Notes: generated by a model from the letters alone, not told the origin. A stretch of 64,000 bases of DNA from Pseudomonadota bacterium (GCA_041161065.1 JBEAVE010000006.1:58912-122911), one strand, 5' to 3'; shown: positions 32,040 through 41,715, counted from the first letter of the stretch. Translations and numbers: made by a program.

Positions 32040-32636
32040 TTAATTCCTTAATAACAATTGCTCGTGTAATAAACGCAGGGCTTTACCTCGATGACTTAAG
32101 GTATTTTTGATTTCTGGAGAAAGCTCTGCGGAAGAACAATTGTATTCAGGTACATAGAACAACGGATCGTATCCAAAACCATTTGTTCCTTGCGCGGCAA
32201 ATAAAATCCGTCCTTCCCAACTTCCTTGACAAATTAAAGGTGTGGGATCAAGCGCATGGCGCATATAAACGAGCACACACTGATAACGGGCGGTACGTTG
32301 TTCTTCGGGAGTTTCTTTGAGTTTTTCTAATAATAAAAGGTTATTTTGCTCATCGGTGGCGTTTTCTCCTGCAAACCGTGCAGAATAAATTCCCGGCGCG
32401 CCTTGCAATGCGTCGATTTCAATGCCCGAATCATCTGCCAATGCGGGCAAATTCGTGGCTTGACAAGCCGCTCGTGCTTTCAAAATAGCGTTTTCAACAA
32501 AGGTCAAACCGGTTTCTTCGACAGAAGCAAGATTGAAATGTCCTTGCGGCAAAACTTCAAATCCCAAATCGGATAACAACGCATTAAATTCGCGCACTTT
32601 TCCTGCATTATTGCTCGCCAAAACTAAAGATTTCAT
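32040..32636 (-). CDS. rdgB: dITP/XTP pyrophosphatase RdgB (HAM1 family)
   Basis: LASNNAGKVREF, DDSGIEIDALQGAPGIYSARF, GFGYDPLF. Confidence 0.9.
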   Translation of the reverse strand: MKSLVLASNNAGKVREFNALLSDLGFEVLPQGHFNLASVEETGLTFVENAILKARAACQATNLPALADDSGIEIDALQGAPGIYSARFAGENATDEQNNLLLLEKLKETPEEQRTARYQCVLVYMRHALDPTPLICQGSWEGRILFAAQGTNGFGYDPLFYVPEYNCSSAELSPEIKNTLSHRGKALRLLHEQLLLRN

Positions 32637-32791
32637 AAATGTCCTTTGTATTCAAAAATAGTGATTATATTCAAAACCTTTGTAAAATAAAAATCACTTT
32701 ATAATTTCAAATAAAATCAGTGCATTATTGCATAAAAGACTTAAACTATGGTAAGTTAGGCGTTTTTTGAAGCCGTTTTTACATTTAATCA

Positions 32792-34120
32792 ATGTCTGGA
32801 AAAGTTTATATCAAAACCTTTGGTTGTCAGATGAACGAATATGATTCTGACAAAATGGCGTTAGCATTAGAAACCGCTTACGGTCTGCAACGCACTGATT
32901 TACCTGAAAATGCTGACGTTTTATTACTCAACACTTGCTCAATTCGTGAAAAAGCCCAAGAAAAAGTTTTTTCTCAATTAGGGCAATGGAAAGACCTTAA
33001 AAAACAAAACCCTAGCGTAATTATTGGCGTGGGTGGTTGCGTTGCCAGTCAAGAAGGCGCGGCAATTCGTTCTCGTGCGCCGTTTGTGGATTTGATCTTC
33101 GGTCCTCAAACATTACATCGTTTGCCACAAATGCTTAAAGAAACGCGAGAGAAACATCAAACAATTGTCGACGTTTCTTTCCCCGAAATTGAAAAGTTTG
33201 ATCATTTGCCAAAACCCCGCGCAGAAGGTGTAACTGCTTTCGTTTCAATCATGGAAGGTTGTAATAAATATTGCACTTATTGTGTTGTTCCTTATACTCG
33301 AGGAACTGAAATCAGTCGTCCTTTTGATGATGTATTGCATGAAGTCGCGCAATTGGTCGAGCAAGGTGTAAAAGAAGTTAATTTGTTAGGACAAAATGTT
33401 AATGCTTATCAAGGGCTAATGCACAATGGAGAATATGCGGATTTAGGATTGTTAATTATGTATTTGTCAGAAATAGAGCAACTGGGTAGAATTCGTTATA
33501 CCACTTCTCACCCGTCAGAAATGACAGATGCGTTAATTGAAACCTATTACCATGCGCCCAAATTAGTGAGTCATTTGCATTTGCCGATTCAAAGCGGTTC
33601 TGATCGAGTTTTAGCTGCCATGAAACGGGGTTATACCGCATTAGAATACAAACAAAAAATTCGCAAATTACGTCAAGCACGCCCGAATTTAAGTCTTTCT
33701 ACGGATATTATTGTAGGCTTCCCTTCAGAAACCGAGCAAGATTTCCAAAAAACATTAGAACTCATTGAGGAAATCGGCTTTGATCACTCTTTCAGTTTTA
33801 TGTACAGTGCTCGCCCCGGAACACCCGCCGCAGAAATGCCTGATTCTATCGATTTAGAAACCAAAAAACGGCGTTTAGCTGAGGTACAAACTCGCTTAAA
33901 TCAACAAGCTCAACATATCTCTGAGCAAATGGTTGGAACAAAGCAAACTATTTTAGTGGAAAAACCCTCGAAAAAAGACCCGCAACAATGGGCAGGACGC
34001 ACTGAAAATAATCGCGTTGTAAATTTTGTAGGAACGCCTGATTTGATAGGGCAGTTTGTCACGGTAATCATCACCGAAGCCTTACCTAATTCATTACGCG
34101 CAACGCTTGTGGAGCAATAA
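32792..34120 (+). CDS. miaB: tRNA-2-methylthio-N6-dimethylallyladenosine synthase MiaB
   Basis: [14 protein letters not shown]-terminus, radical-SAM motif [11 protein letters not shown] and a C-terminal TRAM domain. Confidence 0.95.
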   Translation: MSGKVYIKTFGCQMNEYDSDKMALALETAYGLQRTDLPENADVLLLNTCSIREKAQEKVFSQLGQWKDLKKQNPSVIIGVGGCVASQEGAAIRSRAPFVDLIFGPQTLHRLPQMLKETREKHQTIVDVSFPEIEKFDHLPKPRAEGVTAFVSIMEGCNKYCTYCVVPYTRGTEISRPFDDVLHEVAQLVEQGVKEVNLLGQNVNAYQGLMHNGEYADLGLLIMYLSEIEQLGRIRYTTSHPSEMTDALIETYYHAPKLVSHLHLPIQSGSDRVLAAMKRGYTALEYKQKIRKLRQARPNLSLSTDIIVGFPSETEQDFQKTLELIEEIGFDHSFSFMYSARPGTPAAEMPDSIDLETKKRRLAEVQTRLNQQAQHISEQMVGTKQTILVEKPSKKDPQQWAGRTENNRVVNFVGTPDLIGQFVTVIITEALPNSLRATLVEQ

Positions 34121-34126
34121 AATCAT

Positions 34127-35107
34127 TTGAATACCGACATAATATCCCAAGATATTACCTTAAATCCTGTTAATAATCAGCGGTTAGCAAATCTTTGTGG
34201 ACAATTTAATGAACATTTGCGACAAATAGAGCAACGTTTTGGTGTTGAAATCAATCAACGCGGACACCATTTTAAAGTAATTGGTGCATTTCAATCTGTT
34301 TTAGAAGTCGTAGAATTATTAAAGAAACTATACGATGCAACGCTTCAAGAAACCCTCAATCGGGAGCTAATTCATTTGTTTTCTCAACCTGCTAGTCTTG
34401 TTACCCATTTTTCTCACAATGAATCATCTCATCAAGATGAAATAAGTGTGAAAACAAAACGCGGTTTTATTAAAGGACGGGGCTCAAATCAAACCCGTTA
34501 TATTCAAAACATTTTAAGTCATGATATTAACTTTGGAATTGGTCCGGCAGGAACTGGTAAAACTTATTTAGCGGTTGCTTGTGCTGTTGAAGCCTTAGAA
34601 AAAGAAAGCGTGCGGCGATTAGTTTTAGTGCGCCCAGCCGTTGAAGCAGGTGAGAAACTAGGATTTCTACCCGGAGATTTGGTTCAAAAGGTTGATCCTT
34701 ATTTGCGACCTTTATATGATGCGTTATTTGAAATGCTCGGTTTTGATCGGGTTACAAAGTTATTAGAACGCAATATTATTGAGGTTGCACCGCTGGCTTA
34801 TATGCGGGGAAGAACATTGAATGAATCTTTTATTATTTTGGACGAAGCACAGAACACCACTATTGATCAAATGAAAATGTTTCTAACACGCATTGGATTT
34901 GGTTCAACAGCGGTGATTACAGGTGATGTAACACAAGTGGATTTGCCGCGTGAAAGAAAATCGGGTTTGCGCCACGTAATTGATGTATTGCATGAAGTGG
35001 AAGGCATTAGCTTTTCATTTCTAACGTCGCAAGATGTGGTTCGACACCCTTTGGTTGCAAAGATTATCGATGCGTATGAACGGGTAGAAAAGAAACGCGA
35101 TTTATGA
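34127..35107 (+). CDS. ybeZ: PhoH-like ATPase YbeZ
   Basis: Walker [13 protein letters not shown], and position in the conserved miaB-ybeZ-ybeY-corC order. Confidence 0.9.
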   Translation: MNTDIISQDITLNPVNNQRLANLCGQFNEHLRQIEQRFGVEINQRGHHFKVIGAFQSVLEVVELLKKLYDATLQETLNRELIHLFSQPASLVTHFSHNESSHQDEISVKTKRGFIKGRGSNQTRYIQNILSHDINFGIGPAGTGKTYLAVACAVEALEKESVRRLVLVRPAVEAGEKLGFLPGDLVQKVDPYLRPLYDALFEMLGFDRVTKLLERNIIEVAPLAYMRGRTLNESFIILDEAQNTTIDQMKMFLTRIGFGSTAVITGDVTQVDLPRERKSGLRHVIDVLHEVEGISFSFLTSQDVVRHPLVAKIIDAYERVEKKRDL

Positions 35108-35565
35108 ATATAGAACTTGATTTACAACTGGTAGCAACTTTTCCTTATTTACCCAGTGAAAAGCTATTTTATGATTGGGTAGAAAAAACATTAGAACTTG
35201 TCCAATTTCCAACAGAAGAACCCCCACAATTAACTATTCGAATTGTTGATCGAGCAGAAGGATTAGAATTAAATCAAACATGGCGACATAAGAACTATGC
35301 AACTAATGTTTTATCTTTTCCATTTGATGCGCCGCCAGAAGTGGATATTCCGTTGTTAGGTGATATTGTGATTTGTGCGCCGGTTGTTTTTGAAGAATCT
35401 GTAGAGCAACAGAAAGCGATTGAACACCATTTTGCGCATTTAACAATTCATGGCGTATTGCATTTGTTAGGTTATGATCATATTGAGGAAAAAGAGGCGG
35501 AAGAAATGGAAACACTAGAAATAAAAATTTTAGGGGCTTTAGCGATTTCAAATCCGTACCTGTGA
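35104..35565 (+). CDS. ybeY: rRNA maturation endoribonuclease YbeY
   Basis: Zinc motif [11 protein letters not shown]. An ATGA overlap links it to ybeZ. Confidence 0.9.
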   Translation: MNIELDLQLVATFPYLPSEKLFYDWVEKTLELVQFPTEEPPQLTIRIVDRAEGLELNQTWRHKNYATNVLSFPFDAPPEVDIPLLGDIVICAPVVFEESVEQQKAIEHHFAHLTIHGVLHLLGYDHIEEKEAEEMETLEIKILGALAISNPYL

Positions 35566-36398
35566 ATGATATGAAAGCAGCGACAACTTTATTTCTACAA
35601 AATAGATTAAACCAGTTTTTAGATTTACCCAATGATCGGGAACACTTGTTATCTATTTTACAAAATGCGCGCCGTAAAAATTTGATTGCATTAGATGCCA
35701 TGAAAATGATGGAAGGTGCATTGCAAGTTTCTCAAACACACGTTCATGAAATTATGACACCGCGTGCGCAAATGATTGTTATTTCTCAAAATGATCGACC
35801 AGAAGATTTTTTATCAACGGTTATTAATTCCCAACATTCACGATTTCCAGTGATTGGAGAAAGCCGTGATGAAGTGGTAGGCATTTTGTTAGCAAAAGAT
35901 TTACTCAGCTATTTAGTTGAAGAAAAAGATAGTCGGCATTTTAATATGCGAGATTTGCTACGTCCTGCGTTTTTTATTCCTGAGAGCAAACGATTAGATG
36001 TTTTATTACGTGAATTTAGAACAAATCGTAATCATATGGCGATAATTGTTGATGAATATGCGGGGGTTGCGGGATTGGTCACTATTGAGGACGTAATTGA
36101 AGAAATTGTGGGTAATATTGAAGATGAATATGATTTAGAAGAAGCGGTTTATATTAAACCTCGAGAAGAAGGATTTTACACGGTAAGAGCATTAACGCCC
36201 GTTGAAATATTTAATCAGTATTTCAAAGTTAATTTTAGTGATGCTGAATTTGATACGATTGGAGGCATTTTAACGCAAACATTTGGTTATTTGCCAAAAC
36301 GGGGAGAAACGTTAGAATTAAAGGGTTTGAATTTTGAGGTTGTTCGAGCGGATAAGAAACGTTTGCATTTGCTGCGTGTGCATCAGGTAATTCCTTAG
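35562..36398 (+). CDS. corC: CBS-pair / CorC_HlyC domain magnesium-cobalt efflux protein CorC (YbeX)
   Basis: CBS pair followed by the C-terminal transporter-associated domain. Conserved operon position. Confidence 0.85.
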   Translation: MNDMKAATTLFLQNRLNQFLDLPNDREHLLSILQNARRKNLIALDAMKMMEGALQVSQTHVHEIMTPRAQMIVISQNDRPEDFLSTVINSQHSRFPVIGESRDEVVGILLAKDLLSYLVEEKDSRHFNMRDLLRPAFFIPESKRLDVLLREFRTNRNHMAIIVDEYAGVAGLVTIEDVIEEIVGNIEDEYDLEEAVYIKPREEGFYTVRALTPVEIFNQYFKVNFSDAEFDTIGGILTQTFGYLPKRGETLELKGLNFEVVRADKKRLHLLRVHQVIP

Positions 36399-36453
36399 GC
36401 ATTGTTTTTGCTGTATCCTTACAATTTTTATATCATTTTTAGGGAGAAAAGTC

Positions 36454-36816
36454 ATGCGTGAAGAAGTGATTTCCACGATATTACATCAACTTAATGGCAG
36501 CTCTGCCGATATTGAAGCCTCTGCGGTGATTTCAATCGATGGGCTGGTCATCGCGTCGTTGTTGCCGAAAAGCATAGACGAAGACCGCTTGGGCGCGATG
36601 GCGGCGGCAATGCTGTCATTGGGCGAACGCACTGCCGAGGAATTGGCACGCGGCGACCTCGAACAAGTCCTCATCAAAGGCAGCAAAGGGTACGTTTTAA
36701 TGGCGCACGCCGGCGAAGATACCGTCATCTGCGTCATCGCCAAATCCACCGCTAAACTCGGAATGGTGTTCTTAGATGTGAAGCGTAGTGCCGAAGCAAT
36801 TGCTAAGACATTGTAA
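36454..36816 (+). CDS. Roadblock/LC7 (MglB/CvnB-like) domain protein
   Basis: 120 aa. AVISIDGLVIAS...DEDRLGAMAAAMLSLGERTAEELARGDLEQVLIKGSKGYVLMAHAGEDTVICVI fits the Robl_LC7 pattern. Confidence 0.75.
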   Translation: MREEVISTILHQLNGSSADIEASAVISIDGLVIASLLPKSIDEDRLGAMAAAMLSLGERTAEELARGDLEQVLIKGSKGYVLMAHAGEDTVICVIAKSTAKLGMVFLDVKRSAEAIAKTL

Positions 36817-36844
36817 TAACTAACTTAATTTAAGGAGTCATTCT

Positions 36845-37204
36845 ATGGCGGGCAAAGCATTTTTCCTCATTCGCATTAACGATCACGTGCAATATCTGAA
36901 GAAAATTAATCGTACATTAGACGGGCAGGATACTTTTCAAGGTTGCAGTCATTCTGAGTGCAAATTAGGCAAATGGATTTACGGTGAAGGAGAAAGCGAA
37001 GTTGCTGCATTAAATAATCCTCGAGCAATAGAACTTTTTGAAGCCCTCAAAGAACCCCATCTGCAATTTCACAACATGAGCCAACTTGCTTTAGAAAAAA
37101 ACCTCGCCGGCGATAAGATCGGCGCGCAACAAGCCATCACAGAAATGCACAAACTTTCAACTATTGTTTATAACAGGCTATTAGATTTAGATAAAATAGC
37201 TTAA
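36845..37204 (+). CDS. stand-alone chemoreceptor zinc-binding (CZB) domain protein
   Basis: The full CZB signature H-x2-Y-x21-C-x-L-G-x-W-x27-H-x3-H is present (HVQY ... CKLGKW ... HLQFH). I counted the spacing by hand and it falls inside the published ranges. Confidence 0.7.
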   Translation: MAGKAFFLIRINDHVQYLKKINRTLDGQDTFQGCSHSECKLGKWIYGEGESEVAALNNPRAIELFEALKEPHLQFHNMSQLALEKNLAGDKIGAQQAITEMHKLSTIVYNRLLDLDKIA

Positions 37205-37258
37205 CTTTTTTCTTTCTCCAAACGACATGGGTAATTTGGAGAAAGTGAGGACTCTCCT

Positions 37259-38422
37259 ATGAAGAAAAATACCATCAATATTTGTGCAGTGGGTTTAGAA
37301 ATCCAGTTTGAAAAAATGCTTCATTGGGTGTTTGAACACAAAGCAAATAACTTTGTACTGTCGTCAGAAGAAAACGCCGATGCTTGCATTTTTGATTTCG
37401 ATAGTTTGCACGCCAAAGAACGCTGGCACACTTACCGCAAACATTATCCACACCTTCCCGCCATTATTTTGTCATTGCATGATAACGTGCCTGAGAAACA
37501 GTTTTTTATTAAGAAACCCGCCGAGCTTGACCAATTTATTAATGTATTACATAAATTAGAGAAAGTGGTTATACAAAATCGCCGATCCCTCCCGATAAAA
37601 AACGATTTACCACCCCCCAAAGAAGAACTCATTTTAAGAATTCGCTCTTCCGAAAAAAAATCGCTTCATCAAGCAAATAAAACATTTGGAAATGAACAGC
37701 TTAAAACCTTGTCGAATTATGCAGAATCTTCCGTTTGCGGATTTGAATCGGATATCAATCCACAAGATGAACAGGCGGTTTTAAAAGTTAGTTATGAGCG
37801 GTCGAGACGCTTGCAAGGTTTGATAGAAAAATCCTTAGAAACGGCTAAAAATAGTGGTTGTGTTAATCGTTTGAAAGGCACAATGGGAGAACTCTTGCTT
37901 GATCCTCTGAATCAGCGCGTGTTGTGCGGCGTTAAAGAACAAACTTTGAACAGTTTAATGCTGCTGCCGGCAAAAAATCTCGCTATAGAAACCCAATTAC
38001 TTTCTCCAAATCAAGCCAAAGAATACATTAAAACCTCTAATATCCCTTTTCATTATGAAAAACTAGATGCTTTTCTTTGGAAAGTAGCGATTTTAACTGC
38101 TCACGGAAGAGTACCCACCGGAACAGACTTAAATGCCCCCGTTATTCTCATGCGATGGGCTAATTTTACTCGTTTGATGATTACGCCTTATGCTTTACAA
38201 ATCAATGCGTTATGGTCTGATTCGCCTTATTCTTTAATAGAAACCGCCGCTTTACTAAAAATCCCCCAGCGTTATGTTTTTTCATTGTACAGTGCAATGT
38301 TTGCGCTTAATTTAGCGTGCGTCACTTCTAATATTTCTCCGCATAAGAAACGGACGCTTTCAACCATTTCTCCAGAAAAACGGGGCTTATTTCAACGTTT
38401 ATTAGCAAAACTGTCTTTTTAG
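37259..38422 (+). CDS. hypothetical protein (possible degenerate receiver-like N-domain, possible winged-helix-like C-terminus)
   Basis: 387 aa between the CZB and GTPase genes, with 5 nt before the GTPase start. The N-terminus INICAVGLE...ADACIFDFDS...PAIILSLHD has a receiver-like beta-alpha rhythm but no DD pair. The C-terminal SLIETAALLKIPQRYVFSLYSAMFALNL resembles the DUF742 type. Confidence 0.45.
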   Translation: MKKNTINICAVGLEIQFEKMLHWVFEHKANNFVLSSEENADACIFDFDSLHAKERWHTYRKHYPHLPAIILSLHDNVPEKQFFIKKPAELDQFINVLHKLEKVVIQNRRSLPIKNDLPPPKEELILRIRSSEKKSLHQANKTFGNEQLKTLSNYAESSVCGFESDINPQDEQAVLKVSYERSRRLQGLIEKSLETAKNSGCVNRLKGTMGELLLDPLNQRVLCGVKEQTLNSLMLLPAKNLAIETQLLSPNQAKEYIKTSNIPFHYEKLDAFLWKVAILTAHGRVPTGTDLNAPVILMRWANFTRLMITPYALQINALWSDSPYSLIETAALLKIPQRYVFSLYSAMFALNLACVTSNISPHKKRTLSTISPEKRGLFQRLLAKLSF

Positions 38423-38427
38423 AAACC

Positions 38428-38961
38428 ATGAGCGATTACAAAATTATTTTTACCGGTCCAACAGGCGCGGGCAAATCAACTGCGATCGCCGCCTTGAGCG
38501 ATGTGCCCCCCGTTAAAACTGAAGCAAAGTCCAAAGAAACAATAGGTTACGTCGGAAAAAACGGGATCACCGTCGCACTAGATTACGGGATTTTGAAATT
38601 GTCCGATCACGATAAAGTGCATTTGTTCGGCACGCCGGGACAGGAACGCTTTGATTTTATGTGGGATATTTTGACGGAGGGCGGATTGGGGCTTATTTTG
38701 TTGATCAACAACACCCGACCTGATCCTTTGCAAGATATGACATTTTTTTTACAGGCTTTTCAAGGATTTATCAGCAAAACAAAACTGGCGGTCGGCATCA
38801 CTCGAATGGATTTGCAAGCCACGCCCACGTTGGAGGATTTTCACCAAATCCTGCGTGAACACCACTTGAATCCTCCGTTGTTTGAAATAGACGCGCGCTC
38901 AAAACACGACATTACGTTGTTATTGCAGGCGTTGCTGTATTCGTTGGATTGCGGATTGTAA
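38428..38961 (+). CDS. small Ras-like GTPase of the CvnD/MglA-like (ATP/GTP-binding protein) type
   Basis: P-loop GPTGAGKST. The G3/switch II block HLFGTPGQERFDFMWDIL followed by LILLINNTRPD is as in conservon CvnD proteins. Length 177 aa. Confidence 0.75.
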   Translation: MSDYKIIFTGPTGAGKSTAIAALSDVPPVKTEAKSKETIGYVGKNGITVALDYGILKLSDHDKVHLFGTPGQERFDFMWDILTEGGLGLILLINNTRPDPLQDMTFFLQAFQGFISKTKLAVGITRMDLQATPTLEDFHQILREHHLNPPLFEIDARSKHDITLLLQALLYSLDCGL

Positions 38962-38982
38962 AACAAGAGGAAAACAAAAAAG

Positions 38983-39017
38983 AAAAAAGGCGCTGCTTTT
39001 AAAACAACGCCTTTTTT
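38983..39017. terminator. bidirectional rho-independent terminator between convergent genes
   Basis: Stem aaaaaaggcg (38983-38992) / cgcctttttt (39008-39017). The A-run and T-run allow function on both strands. Confidence 0.6.
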
Positions 39018-39034
39018 AGCTACCAATAAGGAGA

Positions 39035-39397
39035 TTATTGTGCGGGATTTGCAGCAGGTGCAGGCTCAACAGCTTTGGCTTTAGCTTTTTTAGCCTTTTT
39101 GCTGTATTTTTTCTTAGCTTTTTTGCCTTTTTTAGACTTTTTGCCTTTTTTAGACTTTTTGCTCTTCTTAGCTTTTTTCGCAGGCATTTCTTCTACGATT
39201 TTAGCTCTAGGAGCTGGGACTGCTTCAGATTTTACCGCAGGAGCTACAGGAGCAACTGGGGTAGCTTTTTCTACTTTGGTAGTAGCTTCAGCTTTAGGAG
39301 CGTCTTCAGGTTTTGCAGTTTTGCTGCAAGCACCAACTAACAACAACGCAGCAATACTAACTGCTGCACCAAGTAATTTAAGAGATTTGCTTAACAT
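39035..39397 (-). CDS. lipoprotein with Ala/Pro-rich linker and polylysine C-terminal tail
   Basis: The start is set at MLSKSLKLLGAAVSIAALLLVGAC (lipobox VGAC). The C-terminal tail is KKAKKSKKSKKGKKSKKGKKAKKKYSKKAKKAKAKA. Confidence 0.6.
   Translation of the reverse strand: MLSKSLKLLGAAVSIAALLLVGACSKTAKPEDAPKAEATTKVEKATPVAPVAPAVKSEAVPAPRAKIVEEMPAKKAKKSKKSKKGKKSKKGKKAKKKYSKKAKKAKAKAVEPAPAANPAQ
39125..39160 (-). repeat. perfect 18-nt tandem duplication inside the polylysine tail coding region
   Basis: gccttttttagacttttt occurs twice in tandem (39125-39142 and 39143-39160), embedded in a longer imperfect ttttt-ag-c repeat tract. Confidence 0.85.
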
Positions 39398-39609
39398 TAA
39401 CGAAATTTCTCCATGCACGGGGTTGTGATCAAAAATGCAACATACTCGCTGGTGAGCTTGTATGCTACGCCCTTGAAGCAATTGTACGCTTCAGGTGTTA
39501 AGATTTTGGCACAATAGCTTATTTAACGCAAGTGAAAAGTTTAATTTTTTTGAATCGGGGGGCAGCGATCGGGTTGTCCCAATTTCCCTAAAACCTAGAT
39601 ATTTATCAA

Positions 39610-41715
39610 ATGGATACCTTAAAAACGACTGATTTATGCAACATTTTTGTAGCACTGGCGCGCTTTTACAACAAACCTCTCTCTGCGGGTGTGCTTTGTC
39701 GGGAGGTGATTGGCGAAGAATTAACCCCTAATAAATTCAAAGAGATAGCCCATAATGCAGGGTTTAGCAGTGCCTTTGTGAAGCGAACAATCTCCAATTT
39801 TCAACCCTTTGAATTACCTGCTATTTTAATTCTCAATAATCAGCAGTCAGTTTTGTTGCTAAAATACAACGATACAACCTGCCAGATTTTGACCGCCGAT
39901 CACCCCGACACGCCCCAAACGATTTCAACCCATGACTTAAATTACAGTGGTCATAGTTTTTTGGTGCGTCCGCGCCGTTGGTTTGACCTGCGCAGTGCCG
40001 ATTTTTTCACCCCCCGCGCGCATTGGTATTGGCAAACCATTTGGCAAGCGTGGGCATTGTACGGGGAAGTGGTGCTTGCTTCCTTAATAATCAATGTGTT
40101 GGGATTAGCGATCCCGTTATTTGTGATGAATGTCTACGATCGGGTCGTGCCAAATCAAGCCCTAGAAACATTATGGGTTTTTGCGATTGGCATTGGAATC
40201 GTGTTAATTTTTGACGGAATTTTGCGAGGATTGCGCGGCTATTTCATTGATATTGCAGGAAAACGCGCGGATCGACAATTATCAAGACGGGTATTATCGC
40301 ATTTGTTGCACACCCCGCTCGCCAATCAACCGCCGTCCATCGGCAGTTTTGCCAGCCATTTGCACGAATTTGAAAGTTTCCGCGATTTCTTCACGTCCGC
40401 CGTCTTATCAACGTTAATTGATATTCCTTTTAGTGCATTGTTTATAATCGTTATTTTTATTTTAGGCGGACAATTAGCAATCATTCCGTTATTTGCAATG
40501 TTACCTGTTTTATTGTTTAGTATTTTGTTACAATTCCCTTTGCAAAAAAACATTGGAGAAACCCTGCGTGCTTCAACTCAAAAACAAGCAATGTTAATTG
40601 AAACATTGAACGGTTTAGAAACCATTAAAACGCTAGCGTCTGAACAGAGCATTTTGCAACGTTGGGCGGGTTTAATTGATCACGCTGCGAAATACAGTTT
40701 GCGTTCAAAAAGTTGGTCGGCAATGAATGTTCACGTTGCGCTATTTGTTCAACAGTTTTCTTATGTTTCAATGGTCGTTTTTGGGGTTTATTTAATTACT
40801 AATGGTGCATTAACGGTTGGGGGTTTGATTGCGTGCACGATTTTGAATGGACGCGCCCTTGCACCTCTAACTCAAATTGCGGGTTTATTAATGCGTTATC
40901 AACAATCAAAAACGGCATTTCAAGCGTTAAATAAAGTCATGGCGCAACCTCAAGAACATTCTATAGAACAATCTACCTTAGAAACGCCCATTTTAACAGG
41001 AGAACTTACCTTTAAACAACTGCATTTCATTTATCCTAATGCACCTCAACCCAGCTTAAAAGAAATAAACTTACATATCAAAAGCGGAGAAAAAGTGGGT
41101 ATCATTGGGCGCACAGGTTCAGGTAAAAGTACTTTAGCAAAATTATTATTAAATTTATATCAACCTTCAGAAGGAAATGTATTAGTCGATGGATTAGATG
41201 TGCGACAATTTGATCCCATAACTATTCGCCAGCAATTAGGTTATGTTCCTCAAGAAATTACGCTGTTTTATGGAACAATTCGTGATAATTTAATTATGGG
41301 TTCTCCTTTGGTCACTGATCAACAATTATTGCAAGCAATTCGGATTGCAGGCATAGAGGAATGGTTGCAACGTTATCCGTTAGGTTTAGAAATGCCCATT
41401 GGAGAAAATGGACGGGGTTTATCAGGAGGACAACGCCAAAGCATTGCATTAGCCAGATCATTAATCAATAATCCTAATATTTTATTATTTGATGAACCCA
41501 CCAACGGATTAGATAATCAAGCGGAAGAACAATTCAAACAACGATTACAACCTTATTTGGTGACTAAAACATTATTGTTAATTACCCACCGTGCAAGTTT
41601 GTTAAATTTGGTCGACCGATTGATTGTACTCGATAATGGAAAAATTATCGCTGATGGTGCTCGAGACGTTATTTTACAAGCTCTTTCAAATGGACAGATA
41701 AAAACTCATGCGTGA
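39610..41715 (+). CDS. type I secretion system permease/ATPase with N-terminal C39-like domain (HlyB/LssB type)
   Basis: The N-terminal ~125 aa are C39-like (ALARFYN ... YSGHSFLV). Six TM segments. Walker A GRTGSGKST, signature LSGGQRQ, Walker B ILLFDEPT. Confidence 0.85.
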   Translation: MDTLKTTDLCNIFVALARFYNKPLSAGVLCREVIGEELTPNKFKEIAHNAGFSSAFVKRTISNFQPFELPAILILNNQQSVLLLKYNDTTCQILTADHPDTPQTISTHDLNYSGHSFLVRPRRWFDLRSADFFTPRAHWYWQTIWQAWALYGEVVLASLIINVLGLAIPLFVMNVYDRVVPNQALETLWVFAIGIGIVLIFDGILRGLRGYFIDIAGKRADRQLSRRVLSHLLHTPLANQPPSIGSFASHLHEFESFRDFFTSAVLSTLIDIPFSALFIIVIFILGGQLAIIPLFAMLPVLLFSILLQFPLQKNIGETLRASTQKQAMLIETLNGLETIKTLASEQSILQRWAGLIDHAAKYSLRSKSWSAMNVHVALFVQQFSYVSMVVFGVYLITNGALTVGGLIACTILNGRALAPLTQIAGLLMRYQQSKTAFQALNKVMAQPQEHSIEQSTLETPILTGELTFKQLHFIYPNAPQPSLKEINLHIKSGEKVGIIGRTGSGKSTLAKLLLNLYQPSEGNVLVDGLDVRQFDPITIRQQLGYVPQEITLFYGTIRDNLIMGSPLVTDQQLLQAIRIAGIEEWLQRYPLGLEMPIGENGRGLSGGQRQSIALARSLINNPNILLFDEPTNGLDNQAEEQFKQRLQPYLVTKTLLLITHRASLLNLVDRLIVLDNGKIIADGARDVILQALSNGQIKTHA

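Noticed and set aside
39038-39428. Two plus-strand ORFs (100 and 117 aa) rich in Phe/Leu/Ser.
   Set aside because: They are reverse-complement shadows of the Lys/Ala-rich repeat tract (AAA/AAG/GCT read backwards). They have no RBS and consist of low-complexity sequence only.
39503-39520. TGGCAC motif upstream of the T1SS ABC gene as a possible sigma54 -24 element.
   Set aside because: The only downstream GC dinucleotide is 2-3 nt too close (TGGCACAATAGCTT). It does not fit GG-N10-GC.
39610-39990. Cys10 of the ABC exporter N-domain as the catalytic Cys of an active C39 bacteriocin-processing peptidase.
   Set aside because: Gap-free alignment anchored on ALARFYN/ILAQYHN puts the Cys two residues away from the catalytic column. 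There is no Gly after it and no GG-leader peptide gene nearby. I keep it as tentative and flag it under findings.
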